Source of the DNA: Blepharisma stoltei ATCC 30299
Lineage: Eukaryota; Protista; Ciliophora
Assembly (NCBI GenBank): GCA_965603825.1
Contig: CBFDEM010000018.1
Span: forward strand, 992,001-1,056,000
Length of the DNA stretch: 64,000 nucleotides
Reading direction: 5' to 3'
In this document: positions 1 to 11,672 of the stretch, piece after piece
Layout of the letters: the number at the start of each line of letters is the position of its first letter
How positions within the stretch are numbered: position 1 is the first letter of the stretch
Translations under genes and position numbers: made by a program
Notes under the pieces: model-generated
The model's database searches: none
The model's input: only the letters and a program-made list of their open reading frames with translations
Told to the model about the DNA's origin: nothing

Positions 1-174
1 TTAAATTGATTGTTAATTTTGACATTTAAATTCTAAAATTGAATATGTCGCAATATTTTACTCTGCAATGTTTATCTATTATCTTGCAAAATATTATTAT
101 AAAGCCTGAGCAGGCACATGGAAATATTAAGATAATTAATGCTAAAAATGAGGAAATTTAATATTATAATCTCT

Positions 175-825
175 TTAAACTAATTTTTTATTCAATACAT
201 TCTGCAGCCAGCTTTTAGCTAATTCAAGTTCTTTATCACTAATTCCATGTGTTAGATAATCTTCAGTTGTGTATGTCAAATTGCACCCTGCTAAACTTTT
301 TTTTGCAGTTTGGGCAGCATATTCTTCACTAACCATAGAATCATTCTTCCCGTGATACATAAATATAGGAACTTTTTTTTTATTCTCAGGGACTTGAAAA
401 TCAAAGACATATCCACTTAAAGCAATTATAGCATCAATTTTTCCAGGGTAATGAACAAGTCCAGTATACAACGACATTGCAGCTCCTTGAGAAAACCCAC
501 CAAGAATAATTGAACTGCAAGTTTTACTTTCTTCTTCAATAGTTGAAGTTATTAATTTAGCGCTTTCTATGGCTTCATTGTTAAGAGCTCTAGAGCTGAT
601 ATCTACAATATCAAATCAACTAGTCATTTGCATACCAAAATTTAGAGTTACAGGCCTAACAGGAGCAGTAAGTAAAACAATTTTTGCATTTGGCAAGAGT
701 TCAAATCCTTGAAAAAGGTCTAAAAAGCCATCAGCAGAGTCACCTAAACCGTGAAGTCAGACTAGAGTATGTGCATGGATAAGTGGTTTGATAATGATAT
801 TTTGCCCTACTCTTAAAATGCTCAT
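175..825 (-). CDS. Phospholipase/carboxylesterase (acyl-protein thioesterase/lysophospholipase family), 216 aa
   Basis: ATG 825; V-[TGA 757-759]-LHGLGDS and MTS-[TGA 616-618]-FDI match the family's VWLHGLGD and MPSWFDI motifs; GFSQG nucleophile; HGKND..V; terminal catalytic His. Confidence 0.92.
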
Positions 826-1036
826 TTATGGTTTATATCATACTGGAATAATATAGAAATGTTTCTTAGTATCTCAACAGGTTATAGCGCCAAAATAAAT
901 TCAAAAACCAAAACTCCTTCTCTTTGCTTTGATAAAAACTTCTACTATTATGACATTTGAATTACTTAATAAAAATTGTGTAGTATAATTAAGTATTTTA
1001 TAAATTTTAAATGAAATAAGAATTCCAAAAATTTAA

Positions 1037-2707
1037 ATGTCAAAACGAAAAAGTGAATTTTACGTTGACAATAAAATTCAAAGCATTAGAGAAGATTTAC
1101 AGAAGTTGACTTCAGATTATAGAGCCACAAATGCTAGAGAGCAAAGCCCGATTGAACAATTTTTAGAATCCAAATATTTGGATCCTACATTTAAATTAAG
1201 TAAAGTTACTGAGTCCCATTTTCCTGGCTCAAAAGACTCTCAAGACACTGCTGCAGGCAATTATCATAGAGAAAATCAACTAAAGGTCTCACAATCAGTT
1301 AGTGATCTGAGAAAGCATAAAGGACCATCTTTGGAATCTGCTCAAAACTCAAAACCATATACCCAAAACTATGATGAGATGGAAACCTATAACAAGAATC
1401 CCATGAGAACTTCTGAAATTATAGACCCTACTGTATCCACTGCTTATAGAGGAAAAAGTGGTTTCGCAACTGATAGGAATAAAGCAGATTTTTATAATGA
1501 ACGAAATATAAAAGATCCCTCTTTGAAAAAAGTAAAAAGGACTTTAGAAAATAAAGAAAACTATATATCACCGATAAGCGATTTGGCAGCCTCAGCAAGG
1601 GGATTAGAAGACAAAGCAAATGAACTGGAAACTGCAAAAAATGCATTGTTTCAAGAAAACTTGATACTCCATAAAAAATTAGCAAGTCTTGAAAAAGAGA
1701 TTAAAAATTTTGAGCCAGAATCATCTATGCAGAATGAAATAAAATTGCTGAAAGCAAATAATCATGAGCTTGAAAAACAATTAACAATTTTAAAAAAGGA
1801 AAAAATAGGATTTTTAAAAGAAATTGATCAGAAAAGCTCAGAGTTAAGATCGGCAATTATAAAAATTAAAGAATTAGAAGAAAAAATTCAAGAGCTAAGC
1901 AAGCTGCTGCCAACTAGAATTAAGCATAAGTCTTTGAATTCAGATTGGAAAGAAAATACAAAAGGCTCATTAAAAGAATACAAAAATGAAAATAATAAGC
2001 TTAAAACTGCTTTAAGAAGAAAGCCAAGCTGTGCAGAATTAAGAAGAGCGAATCAAAAAATAGAAAAACTTGAAATAGCGATTGAAGATATCAGAACGAA
2101 AAAGAGAAGGTCAGAATCTGCGAAAAGATTAAGAGAAAAAAGCCCAAAATTGCCTAGAATTAGACCTAGAAGTGAAAACAGAGAAAGAAAACACGAATTA
2201 TCCCCATCAAAAAATCTTGACTCTCAAAAATGCACTGAAATTATAAGAGAGCTGATGAATGAATTTTCAGTTAATTCACCATCCTCTTTATTATCAAATG
2301 CAAAATTACTCTTACATGATACAAAGGCTCAATCTCAGCAGCGCAAATTAGTAGAAAGATTGAAAAAACTGATTATGGACTATTCTCCTCCAGAAATTTA
2401 TGAGAAAAACCCTTCATTAAAAACTATATGAAAATGAATAAGAAGATTAACCGAGGAGTATATTCAATTGAAGAAAAAAAATAATCAAAATATATCTGAA
2501 AAAGAAATTTTAAGTAAGCTGAAAAAGACTTTGTGTATAGAGAATACAGATGAAATTCCTCGATCATTGACTAAGCTATTAGCAGACAATGAAAATTATA
2601 TGGTGATACTGAATAAAGTGAAGGCTGCCCTTAAATTAAGTAATTTTTATTTAGATACACGAATCTCTATTCAAGAATTGGAAAAAGAAATTGAGAAGAG
2701 AATATAA
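1037..2707 (+). CDS. Coiled-coil protein of unknown function
   Basis: ORFs 1037-2431 and 2468-2707 join in frame via two TGA (I-W-K-W-IRRL); probable 15-nt intron 2640-2654. Confidence 0.75.
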
Positions 2708-2805
2708 TAAAAATATAATTTATTAAGAATTATTTCGCCTAAAATGAACTGAATTAACTAATGTTGAATAAATAATGGGTTTTGCTAACATAATTCAACA
2801 AAAAT

Positions 2806-3930
2806 ATGTCTCTAATCCAGCGGATCGGATCGAGTACAGAAGCATACTTATTAGAATTGACTATCCATTCTGTTACAATAAATATTCCTTATCCAGCCAA
2901 GCTAAAAGTTGTGGTAGAAAGAGGTAAAAAGTATAGAGAAGAGACTCCTGCTGTTGAAAACGATGTTGTTCTAGGAACAACTTTTTTAGAGCACACAGTT
3001 TTAATTCCAGTCACCATGTTTAGAAAAAATAGGTCTTATTTGAAGAAATTTGCATCTTTTCAACTTCTTCAGATTGTTAAAAATAAATCTGTAAAGAACG
3101 GCTCAGTAAAGCTCGATTTGTCCAAAATTTTTACGTATAGCACAGACTTTGAAAAGGAAAATATCAGACTTAAACACTGCTCAGATAAAAATGCAATTAT
3201 TTGTATCAGTGCAGCAATGACAAGAGTTGATCGAACTTCAAGCTTAGGATCGCTTTCAACAGATTCAATATCATCAGAAGAAGCAGAAGTAATTGATTTA
3301 ATTACAATATCTTTTGACTCTGAAATTAGCAGAATTTCAGAGATTTTGCCAGAAAAGAACAATAGTTTGAACTCGGTAACTTCTGAAGAAAACCAAAGCA
3401 AGGAAAAGCTAGAAACCAAAGAGAAATTTAAGGAAAGACTGGAAAAGCTCGTAATTACAGAAAAATCACAGACTAGCAGAGAGCCAAATACAGCTTATCC
3501 ATATAGAGAGGTTGATTCTCCGTTATCAGTTGGTACTATTTCACCTCAGCTAAGAAGGACTGAGTTTTTATTTTCTAATTCTTCAATAGAGTCGGATCCA
3601 AGATTACTAAGCCCTTCAGAATTTAATGACTTCCAAGATATCATGATTCTTGATAAAGAAAAGCCAGAGCCAAAACCGTTTGTGATAAAGCCAGTTAAAA
3701 TAGGGTGTGACGATGAAAAATCAAATTATACTAATAACAACAAATTAGAACAAGAAATGGACTCTGTTTCAGAGTATGAAAATATAGAATCTCTGCCAGA
3801 AACTTCTATAAAAAAAGCCAGACCTAATGCACACAGTAAAGAAAATGAATTAAAAGTACGTGAGCGAGTTGGAGGTTTGAGCAATACAAACTCTTCATGT
3901 TCTTCCTGTAAAGGATGCATGATTTTTTAA
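2806..3930 (+). CDS. NT-C2 (EEIG1/EHBP1-type C2) domain protein with C-terminal CaaX (CMIF)
   Basis: N-terminal beta-rich domain (IPVTMFRK, KKFASFQL, GSVKLDLS), Ser/Glu-rich tail, ends CSSCKGCMIF. Confidence 0.65.
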   Translation: MSLIQRIGSSTEAYLLELTIHSVTINIPYPAKLKVVVERGKKYREETPAVENDVVLGTTFLEHTVLIPVTMFRKNRSYLKKFASFQLLQIVKNKSVKNGSVKLDLSKIFTYSTDFEKENIRLKHCSDKNAIICISAAMTRVDRTSSLGSLSTDSISSEEAEVIDLITISFDSEISRISEILPEKNNSLNSVTSEENQSKEKLETKEKFKERLEKLVITEKSQTSREPNTAYPYREVDSPLSVGTISPQLRRTEFLFSNSSIESDPRLLSPSEFNDFQDIMILDKEKPEPKPFVIKPVKIGCDDEKSNYTNNNKLEQEMDSVSEYENIESLPETSIKKARPNAHSKENELKVRERVGGLSNTNSSCSSCKGCMIF

Positions 3931-4024
3931 TTATAATATATCGTTGTAAATATAAAAAATACTAACTTCATGCAAATATTATTTTTAAAATAATAATAAA
4001 TTGAAGTAATTTGCATTTTTATAA

Positions 4025-5008
4025 TTAGCTAAGATCAAACAATTCATCAAAATTAATTGTTTGTTTTGGCTCAGGCTGCTCTGACACTTCAGTGCTCTTT
4101 GTTTCAGGGCTAAAGTCGAACATTTTGCTTTTTGTGCCTTTTGGCGTTTTTGAAGTTGGCACCTTGATCTCCGGGAGTGTGCATAACTTTGTTAAAATTC
4201 CTGCATGCGCAGAATTTGTTCTTGCAAGCTGCCTATGTTTTTTATTAATTACAGGAGAAAACGAGTATTCTTTATTTTGCTGCATTTCCTTTATCTTAAT
4301 TTTTGAACGTTCGAATCTCTCTAAAAGTCTTATTTCTGGAGGTCTTTTTTCTCCTGATTCTTGGACAATTTTTTCAGATTTTTGATCAATTTGAGGATGG
4401 AATTTAAATATTTGCTTCATTTTCTGATCTAATTCGTCTTTTTTCATAGCTTTTTTGACATTATTCATATTAGCCCAATCCTCGTTGTATTTATAAAACT
4501 CTAAAGCTGATCGCGGCTTATCAGATTTTCCATGAATTTGAGGTGAGAATGTGAGCTCTTTTTTAAGGAGCTCTTCTTTATCTTGATCTAATTTAGTTTT
4601 AAGCTCTGATATTTTCCTTTCCTTTTCCTGAAGCATTTCCGATACTCTGTCTTGAATTGGGGCAATTTTTCCTACAATTTTTTTGGAATTGCTATTTATT
4701 TCAGGAGCCTTTTTAACTTCTTCATATCTTTCTTTGTCAACTTGCTTCTTTACTTTCTTGAAATCTTCTTGAGACTTTTTAGTCTTATTTTGCATTCGTA
4801 GATAAGTTGTTTTTATAAAATCTGAGGCCCTGATTTTTTTGGTGGATTTTTGAGGATTTTCGCTTCGTGGTGGTTCTGGAGAAGCATGAATTATCTTTTC
4901 AGGGACTGGCTCTTCTGCATGAGGTAGGGCGTCTTCATTATTTTCTTGCATGGTAAGATATATTTTCGACATGATGTTTCTCACTGCATCAGTCTCGAAA
5001 TCCTCCAT
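4025..5008 (-). CDS. Hypothetical charged protein with repeated F-x-P-x-I motifs
   Basis: 327-aa ORF; TFSPQI, KFHPQID, SFSPVIN repeats. Confidence 0.7.
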   Translation of the reverse strand: MEDFETDAVRNIMSKIYLTMQENNEDALPHAEEPVPEKIIHASPEPPRSENPQKSTKKIRASDFIKTTYLRMQNKTKKSQEDFKKVKKQVDKERYEEVKKAPEINSNSKKIVGKIAPIQDRVSEMLQEKERKISELKTKLDQDKEELLKKELTFSPQIHGKSDKPRSALEFYKYNEDWANMNNVKKAMKKDELDQKMKQIFKFHPQIDQKSEKIVQESGEKRPPEIRLLERFERSKIKIKEMQQNKEYSFSPVINKKHRQLARTNSAHAGILTKLCTLPEIKVPTSKTPKGTKSKMFDFSPETKSTEVSEQPEPKQTINFDELFDLS

Positions 5009-5051
5009 ACTTTATAATAATTTATAATATCTGTAAAACTATAGCGAAATA

Positions 5052-5636
5052 TTAATTAAATACACAGTGATCGACTTCTTTTTGGCCAAGCTGTAGCCAT
5101 TTTCCTTCGTTATCTAAGGTCCAGTGAAGACCAACTCGGCTATATTCTTCATTTAGCTCAATTAGCAGTTTTCTAAGTCCAGGAAACCAAGCCCGATCCA
5201 GCACTTGTGCTCTCCAAACCCAAATTAAAATTCCTGACCTTTTCATTATGTATATTGCCAATGCCAAAATCACTAAATCAAGAATTAAAATTGCTCATAT
5301 TAAAAGTAATATCAACAACAAACTCATCATCATGCAAACTGCAAGTAAAGTTATTCCAAACTTATAAAAGGCTGAAGGAGGGGTTAAATTGCGGTCATTG
5401 TTTATTAAATCAAAATGATAGTTGAACTTTTCCTTGTCAACTTTTCCTTCAATAACTTCATACGTTCTGATCTTGTTTGAGTCAAAATCAAATTTATTCT
5501 CCTGCTGAATAAATCTATAAACTACACACATATTGTGAGTGACAGGAAGATTAAGATCTTCTTCACTAATCCCATAATCACTTTCCTGTGTTTTATCAAG
5601 TGGAAAGAAAGACTCAGACAAGTTAGCTTCGCTCAT
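5052..5636 (-). CDS. Two-TM membrane protein, possibly Golgin-A7/Erf4-like
   Basis: ORFs 5295-5636 and 5052-5273 join in frame through TGA 5295-5297; hydrophobic hairpin followed by LNEEY..VGLHW. Confidence 0.6.
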
Positions 5637-5689
5637 TTTACTATAAAATAATGAATTATAAAAATATGTAAAGATAATTCAGTTTACAT

Positions 5690-7747
5690 TTAGCTAGGAG
5701 TAATAAATGACCAGCCATCTAAGCGAGGAGCTTGAATTTCTTCGTCTTCTAATCGGCCAAACATTCTTTCCAAACCAACTCCTTTGATAACTCTTTTAAT
5801 TGGCCTTATTTCGGGAGCTTTTATTTCTTTTCTAGCATAGGCATCCCAGTTTACACCTCTGAAAAATGCGTGCTCTTTGATTTCAGCTGCATCTCTTTTG
5901 CTTGCCCCAAGTCTTTTATGAGGGTCTCGGTTTAATAGCAGCTTGATGATGTCTTTTGCTTCATTGCTAAGGCCTTTTGGGATTTTTAGCTTGCCACGCT
6001 GGATGTTGTTAAAAAGCTGTTCTCGGTTGCTTGAATAATAGGGAGGTGCACCAACGAGCATTTCATATAGCAAAACGCCTAAAAGATACCAGTCGACTGA
6101 TTTTGTGTGGCCTGATCTTCGAAGCATTTCTGGAGCTAAATATGCAACTGAGCCACAAAAAGATTTGGCAAGCTGCCCCTCTGTGACTCCTTCTTTTGAG
6201 AGACCAAAATCGGTTATTCTTGCATGTCCGTCAGCGTCAAGGACGACATTTTCAGGTTTTAAATCTCTGAAGATGATTTCGTGCTTATGGAGCTCTTCTA
6301 AACCTAGAAGGATTTCACATATATAAAATCGAGCTTTTTCTTCGTTAAAATGCTTTTCTCTTGCTAAATGGGTTCCTAGGTCTCCTCCTGGACAGTAATC
6401 CATAATCATTACAAGCTTTTCTGGGGTTTGGAACGCATAATTTAATTTCACGATGTATGGATGTTTGATTTTCATAAGAATATTTCTTTCTGCAAATGCG
6501 TATCGGATTAAATTATTTTCAAGGACTTTTTCTTTCCTTAAAACTTTTAAAGCGAACTGTTCCCCAGAGTCAATTTTTTCTACTAAGTATACTTCTCCAA
6601 AACTTCCTTTTCCAAGCTGCAATAGACCTTTAAAATCTCTTGGACCAACTTTACACGGAGGAAGACCAAAATCAGGAGGCTTTACAATTCCTTTATTCAG
6701 GCTTTGCGTCTTTTTGATACTCTTTTTAGGAGTAGCCTGTAGCTTCGGTCTCTCTTTAAACGTCTGTAAATCCTTATTACTCGGCTTATGAGAACTCTTA
6801 AGTATCAAATTATCCACCATATCTTGCCTTGATGTTCTTCTAAGAACCGAATAAAAAGGATTTCTCCCATACTCAGTATGAGGCACACTCAGTCCAAATC
6901 TATTGCAATGCTCTCTAAAGGCACTATATACATCAATATTTAATGCAAGATCCACCGCTGTCTTCCCCAGATTATTCTTTATACTTATATCCGGAATCCT
7001 CCCAAGCAGCCACTTCACAATTAACTCATGTCCATGCTTAGCTGCATAATGAAGTGGCGTGCTCAGCTCATTATCAATCGCATTAATATCAGCCCCTTCC
7101 CTAACCAAAATTTTTACAACCGGCAAATGCCCATGCAGGCAAGCCAAATGTAAAGGAGTCCTCTGCATAGACGTCCTCGAGTCCACATTGGTCCTTTCTC
7201 CATGAAAAATCAGGACTTCAATTGCATCTTTAAACCCATCAGCAGCTGCCAAATGTAGCGCAGTTCAGTCATTTAGCCCTTTTGTATTAGTCTGAGCGAC
7301 CATGTCTCCATAAAGTTCTCTGTCTAATAATTCTTTGCATCGATTGATATCATTTCTTTCCACAGCTTCCCAGAGCGAGTTATTCATTTTCCTTTTCTGC
7401 TTATAAAAATCTTCAAGATCTTCTTGGTTTCCTTGCAAGTTGAAAATTTTGACGACTTGGCCTGGAAAAGTTTCTTGGTTTTCGTCTCTGATGTCGATTT
7501 CTTCGCCTGTGTCGAGGTTTTTGATTTTAAAAATGTCTTCAGGGATCACAACTGATCAAGTGTCAGTGTCAGAGGTCAATTGCTGCGAGTGAGTTTTTTG
7601 ATGACTCCAAGAGTTGGGAGATTTCAAGCCATTTTCAGTGGTTTTTTTGTTAAGAAGGGTTTCTGTGGATTCTCGATCTTGGGATACTGAATTCATTAAG
7701 GAACTTTCTTCTGGTATTGGACTCATCCGATAAACTTCAGGATCCAT
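5690..7747 (-). CDS. Ankyrin-repeat AGC-family Ser/Thr kinase (PKB/S6K-like catalytic domain), 685 aa
   Basis: Three ORFs joined in frame by TGA 7556 and 7265 (ND-W-TALHLAA ankyrin); GKGSFG, ALK, FRDLKPEN, DFG, FCGS..Y.APE. Confidence 0.9.
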
Positions 7748-7839
7748 TATTTCGTTTGCAAAATATTAATTTATTATATTTAAATATTTTATAAGGTGAG
7801 CTTATTTACTAAACAGATACTGCAAGCATTGCTTAGTAG

Positions 7840-8415
7840 TTATATAGGCTTAAGCTTAAAATTTTTGAATTCAATATCAAACCCTGTTTCTGAGTCTGGA
7901 GCGGCACACATTATCCCTACCTGAAAATTATCAGAATCGCTTAAAAACCCAACCCGGTACATACTGAATTTTTCCCCATCAAGAGAATAAAAGATTTCAA
8001 AGGATTTTTCTTTCATGACAAGCTTAAAATGCACTGTCTGTCTAGCATCGAAATTATTCAAATTGATCACTGACCAATCTGAGTAATCTCTTGTGACTAC
8101 AGCGCTGATATTTGCAATATTATTTACGTACTCAATGCCTGCTTTGACCCAATACTCAGGGCTTTGCCTAATCATTAGCCCTCCTTGGTCATATAATGAT
8201 GCATATTTTCCTTCAACTGATACGGACATCTCAAAATTCCCTGTAGCATTACAGTATAAAAAATGACCATTGTCTCGAATAAAGCCATAATGCGTTTTTC
8301 TTCAATAGTCTGTGCGTGGGTCTGCATGGACTCTTAAGCTGGAAATTGACATAATGCAGCCTTCTTCTTGAGAATAGTCTATTTCAGACGATAAGGGTGG
8401 ATTAAACCATTCCAT
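7840..8415 (-). CDS. DUF1349 / Ree1-like concanavalin-fold protein, 191 aa
   Basis: MEWFNPP...TDY-[TGA 8302-8304]-RKTHYGFIRDNGHF, YDQGGL, WVKAGIEY, SDWS, VGIMCAAP. Confidence 0.85.
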
Positions 8416-8453
8416 TTTATGTGATAAATATATGAAGAAATGATTCTAAGTTA

Positions 8454-9590
8454 TTAAAGCTTTTCGATTTCTTCAAGGCTAATTGCTCTAACTTCGCTAG
8501 CTGGAAGAGGGGCTTGGTATCCTGGACTCTTTGTGTCAGGAACATCTTTGGTGAGAGTGATCTCAAAGCCATCAATAGTTCTCTCTTTGACTACCTCATC
8601 AAGACCTGGCTCATTTGGAGTGAAAACATCTTTAACGTTTCTCTTGCTAATCTTGTTGACTTGGTGAAGTCCTGCTTCGTATCTCTTAATCTCTTCAACA
8701 ACTTTGACTGCTCTTGGGAGTGCAAGTCCGCTGGCTTTGATCACAATTGTCCTCAAGTTATCTTTTCTAAGGAGTAGTAAAGCTTCTCTGATGAAAAGAT
8801 TAGGGTGAGCTCTTGCGTTAACGAAAATTTCATTTGCGGCTCTTGTTGATTCTTCTGGTTTCCTAGGAGCTCTGGTGTATTTTTCCATTTCAGGTGCTCT
8901 TCTTCTATCTCTAGGCTTGTAGTCACCTTTTTGGCCAGTTGGTCTATTTCCGGAGGACGAAACATTTCCACGTGGTCTTCTTCCCTGAGATCTTCCTCTT
9001 GGTCTTTCGCTTGAGTGCCCTTCTTTGGTTTCTTCTGCATCCCTAGTCCTTGGTTCTCTTTTGTTTTGGTATGGTCTGCTTTCAGTCCTGCCTTCTTGTC
9101 TGCCTTCATATCTGCTTTCGTATCTGCCTTCAGTTCTACCAGTGCTTCCACCTCTAGACTGTCTGCCACCTCTTCTATTTCCTCTTCTGCCACCTCTGCT
9201 ACCTCTTGGTCTGGTTGCGCCTTCCTCGTCTGTTCTCCATTCTGGCTTTGGTGGAGCTTGTTTGAGTTCACTGAGGCTTTTTTCTTGGACTTCTGAATCT
9301 GGGATTGGGCCTTGGTAGCCTTTATCCTTGGAGTCAAGAGGGCTCAAGCTTAACAAGAAAGTGACTCTGGTCTTGTTGGTTCCTTCAACGCGCTCAAATG
9401 TGTTGATTTGGTGAATTCCTTTGACGCGGTGCTTGATGAGTTCTACTAAGTTTAGAGCTTGAGGAATAGCTGAATTAATTGCAGTAATTTTAGCTTTTCC
9501 TGTCTCTTCCAAAAGAGTGGCCACTTCAGTAATGTGTTTTGATAAGCCTTGGGTGCTTGAAATCGAAACCTCGTCTTTTGGTGTGGCCAT
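8454..9590 (-). CDS. Tandem Alba-domain RNA-binding protein with central RG/RGG linker
   Basis: Two Alba-like units (AIPQALNLVELIKHRVKGIHQ; ALPRAVKVVEEIKRYEAGLHQ), each ending GYQxP. Confidence 0.85.
   Translation of the reverse strand: MATPKDEVSISSTQGLSKHITEVATLLEETGKAKITAINSAIPQALNLVELIKHRVKGIHQINTFERVEGTNKTRVTFLLSLSPLDSKDKGYQGPIPDSEVQEKSLSELKQAPPKPEWRTDEEGATRPRGSRGGRRGNRRGGRQSRGGSTGRTEGRYESRYEGRQEGRTESRPYQNKREPRTRDAEETKEGHSSERPRGRSQGRRPRGNVSSSGNRPTGQKGDYKPRDRRRAPEMEKYTRAPRKPEESTRAANEIFVNARAHPNLFIREALLLLRKDNLRTIVIKASGLALPRAVKVVEEIKRYEAGLHQVNKISKRNVKDVFTPNEPGLDEVVKERTIDGFEITLTKDVPDTKSPGYQAPLPASEVRAISLEEIEKL
9072..9140 (-). repeat. Degenerate 12-nt coding tandem repeat (E-G/S-R-x tetrapeptide, about 6 copies) in the Alba linker
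   Basis: GRT EGRY ESRY EGRQ EGRT ESRP. Confidence 0.7.
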
Positions 9591-9799
9591 TTAATATTAT
9601 GAGCCATTAAAAAGAGAAAATTGATGCTTAGAAAATATTTGAGAAATATTAAAATTAAATATTAGAATTTGTTTTTATGTTCGGAAAAATATTGCTTTTA
9701 TAAAACTTTTGTTTTAAAAGATAGAATGCAGAAATAAATTTTTTTGATAGATAAATAAATCTCTTACCTTTTTAAGCAAGGCTCTAATCCATTAAGCCG

Positions 9800-9958
9800 A
9801 ATTCTCTGTTTATTTGCTTAGTAGACTTGAGATCTATTCATCTAATATTTTGACAGATATTAATATGATTTCAAAAACTGTTCAAGGAAGTAATTGTATG
9901 ATATAATCATTCAAAATACAGTCAGATATGGAGGTCTTTATTTAAAGCTATAATTTCA
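9800..9958 (+). pseudogene. Frameshifted 3' remnant paralogous to the gene at 10458-10922
   Basis: LTDINMISKTVQGSNCM/IIIQNTVRYGGL/FKAIIS versus LTEIDMLSKTVYGQNCLHIIVENTVDYAGLIFKATIS; two frameshifts. Confidence 0.75.
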
Positions 9959-10457
9959 AATTTCAAAGCAAGCTTACAAAGATAATTATTTTATGATGAT
10001 TTTTTTATGTATTTAAAATTCAAAAACAGAAATAAAACCATTTGGATGCACCAGCTCAAAACTATGAAATTCAACCATTCTCATAAGCTTTGTAGAATGT
10101 ATTATAATCGAAAAGTTATTTCATAATAAAGAGCAATTAAGAGGGTAAGTCTTTAAGTTTGATTTTCTATTATAGTCATTGAAGCAAATTATCCAATATT
10201 CAAAATAATCTTCTTTTAGCCAATTATTTATTCGGTGCTGCTTTAAAAGCAAAATTAAAATGAATATTATTTTAATTTTCAATTAGTGGTCCGCTTTATC
10301 CATTTTAGCTTCTTGTTTAATATTTTTTAAGTGTTTCAGTTTACTTCAAAATAACTTTGAATTGGTTTTATGGGCTTTTGCTCGCTAAAATTCTAAAGCT
10401 TTTGCTCTCGTTTAAATCAAATATTTAGTCAAAAGTGATAAAATTTTTGAAATAAAT

Positions 10458-10922
10458 ATGCTAGACAACTTGATTCTTCTAATTTTTTGCTCTTTTCTTA
10501 GTCATATTATGGCTGGAACCATGACCGTTATTAGTGATACATCCGTATATACAATAATCAATTCTCAAACGATCTATGCGACGAATCCAGCAAACTATTC
10601 TTATGCATGGAAAAGTATTGACGGAGCCTCATGAATTTGATACGCTTCTGATAACACCAAAATAGAAGCTGCTTTGTTTATCAAATGCTTTAGTGTCCCA
10701 GGAACTCCGACCTCCTCTAATATTAATATTGGAGCAGACGATAATTTCACGGTCTTCTTGAATGGTCGACTCGTAGGTATGAAATCTTTAACATCATTTT
10801 TTTTAACAGAAATTGATATGCTGTCAAAAACTGTTTATGGGCAAAACTGCCTACATATTATTGTGGAAAACACTGTAGACTATGCAGGGTTAATATTTAA
10901 AGCTACAATATCTTATCAATAA
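10458..10922 (+). CDS. Secreted beta-sandwich (lectin/galactose-binding-like) protein, 154 aa
   Basis: ATG 10458, signal peptide, GAS-[TGA]-I-[TGA] = ASWIW, ADD..TVFLNG, AGLIF. Confidence 0.75.
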
Positions 10923-11672
10923 ATCATATTTTTAAAAAATTAATTAATAAATAGTAAAATATCAGCTATATGCTAAATTTTTCTTATTCCTCTATTATAA
11001 ATTTCTTTATGATTATGCAAATATTAATGTTTTTATGAGATTAAAAGTAATTAAACTAAAAATATTGATGAGAATTGCCAAAGTTTCATTAGATTTTTTA
11101 TCCAGCTTCTTTCATTTTGGGCGTTTATCTTGAATTGAGTCATTTGCTAAATTGACAAATACTAAATCCGCCTAGTGTGATTTCAGAGCCCCATCCGAAA
11201 ATCTAAACGCTAAAAACAACCATAGAATACATTTTTGTCATTGAAGCTAGAAGGTTTAGGGGATCGTGCTTTTTTATCAGATAAAACCTGCGTATTCGAT
11301 ACCATCATATGATGGAAATATATTGGCTGCAAAACAATCTTTGAGAATAGTCACAATCTAAGCTGATCTAAATTAACTTCATTTCAATTCTCTATAAATA
11401 TTTTTACTAAAATGGATATTAATTAAATTTAGAATCTAGCACTCTTTAATTGCTTTATACCTTAACCAAGTTCACTGACTAATAAATATGCATACCATCT
11501 CAACCATAATAATTATTTCTTCAAAAATAACAATTAAATTGTTTTACTAACCCTTAAAACAGAAACCCATCCAAGTCTCTTCTAATCTATCGTTATAATC
11601 ATTATCATAATCTAAATCTGATAAGATTTCCAAATTTTGAAATAATCCATTAGATTAATTCATAACTACATT

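Noticed and set aside
8514-9337. Overlapping alternative-frame and antisense ORFs (also 35842-36249, 42805-43281, 49844-50362 and others)
   Set aside because: Shadows of real genes; low complexity, no motifs
11070-11390. Moderately GC-rich spacer, possible decayed gene on the minus strand (IFGWGSE)
   Set aside because: Stops in all frames examined and no convincing family match
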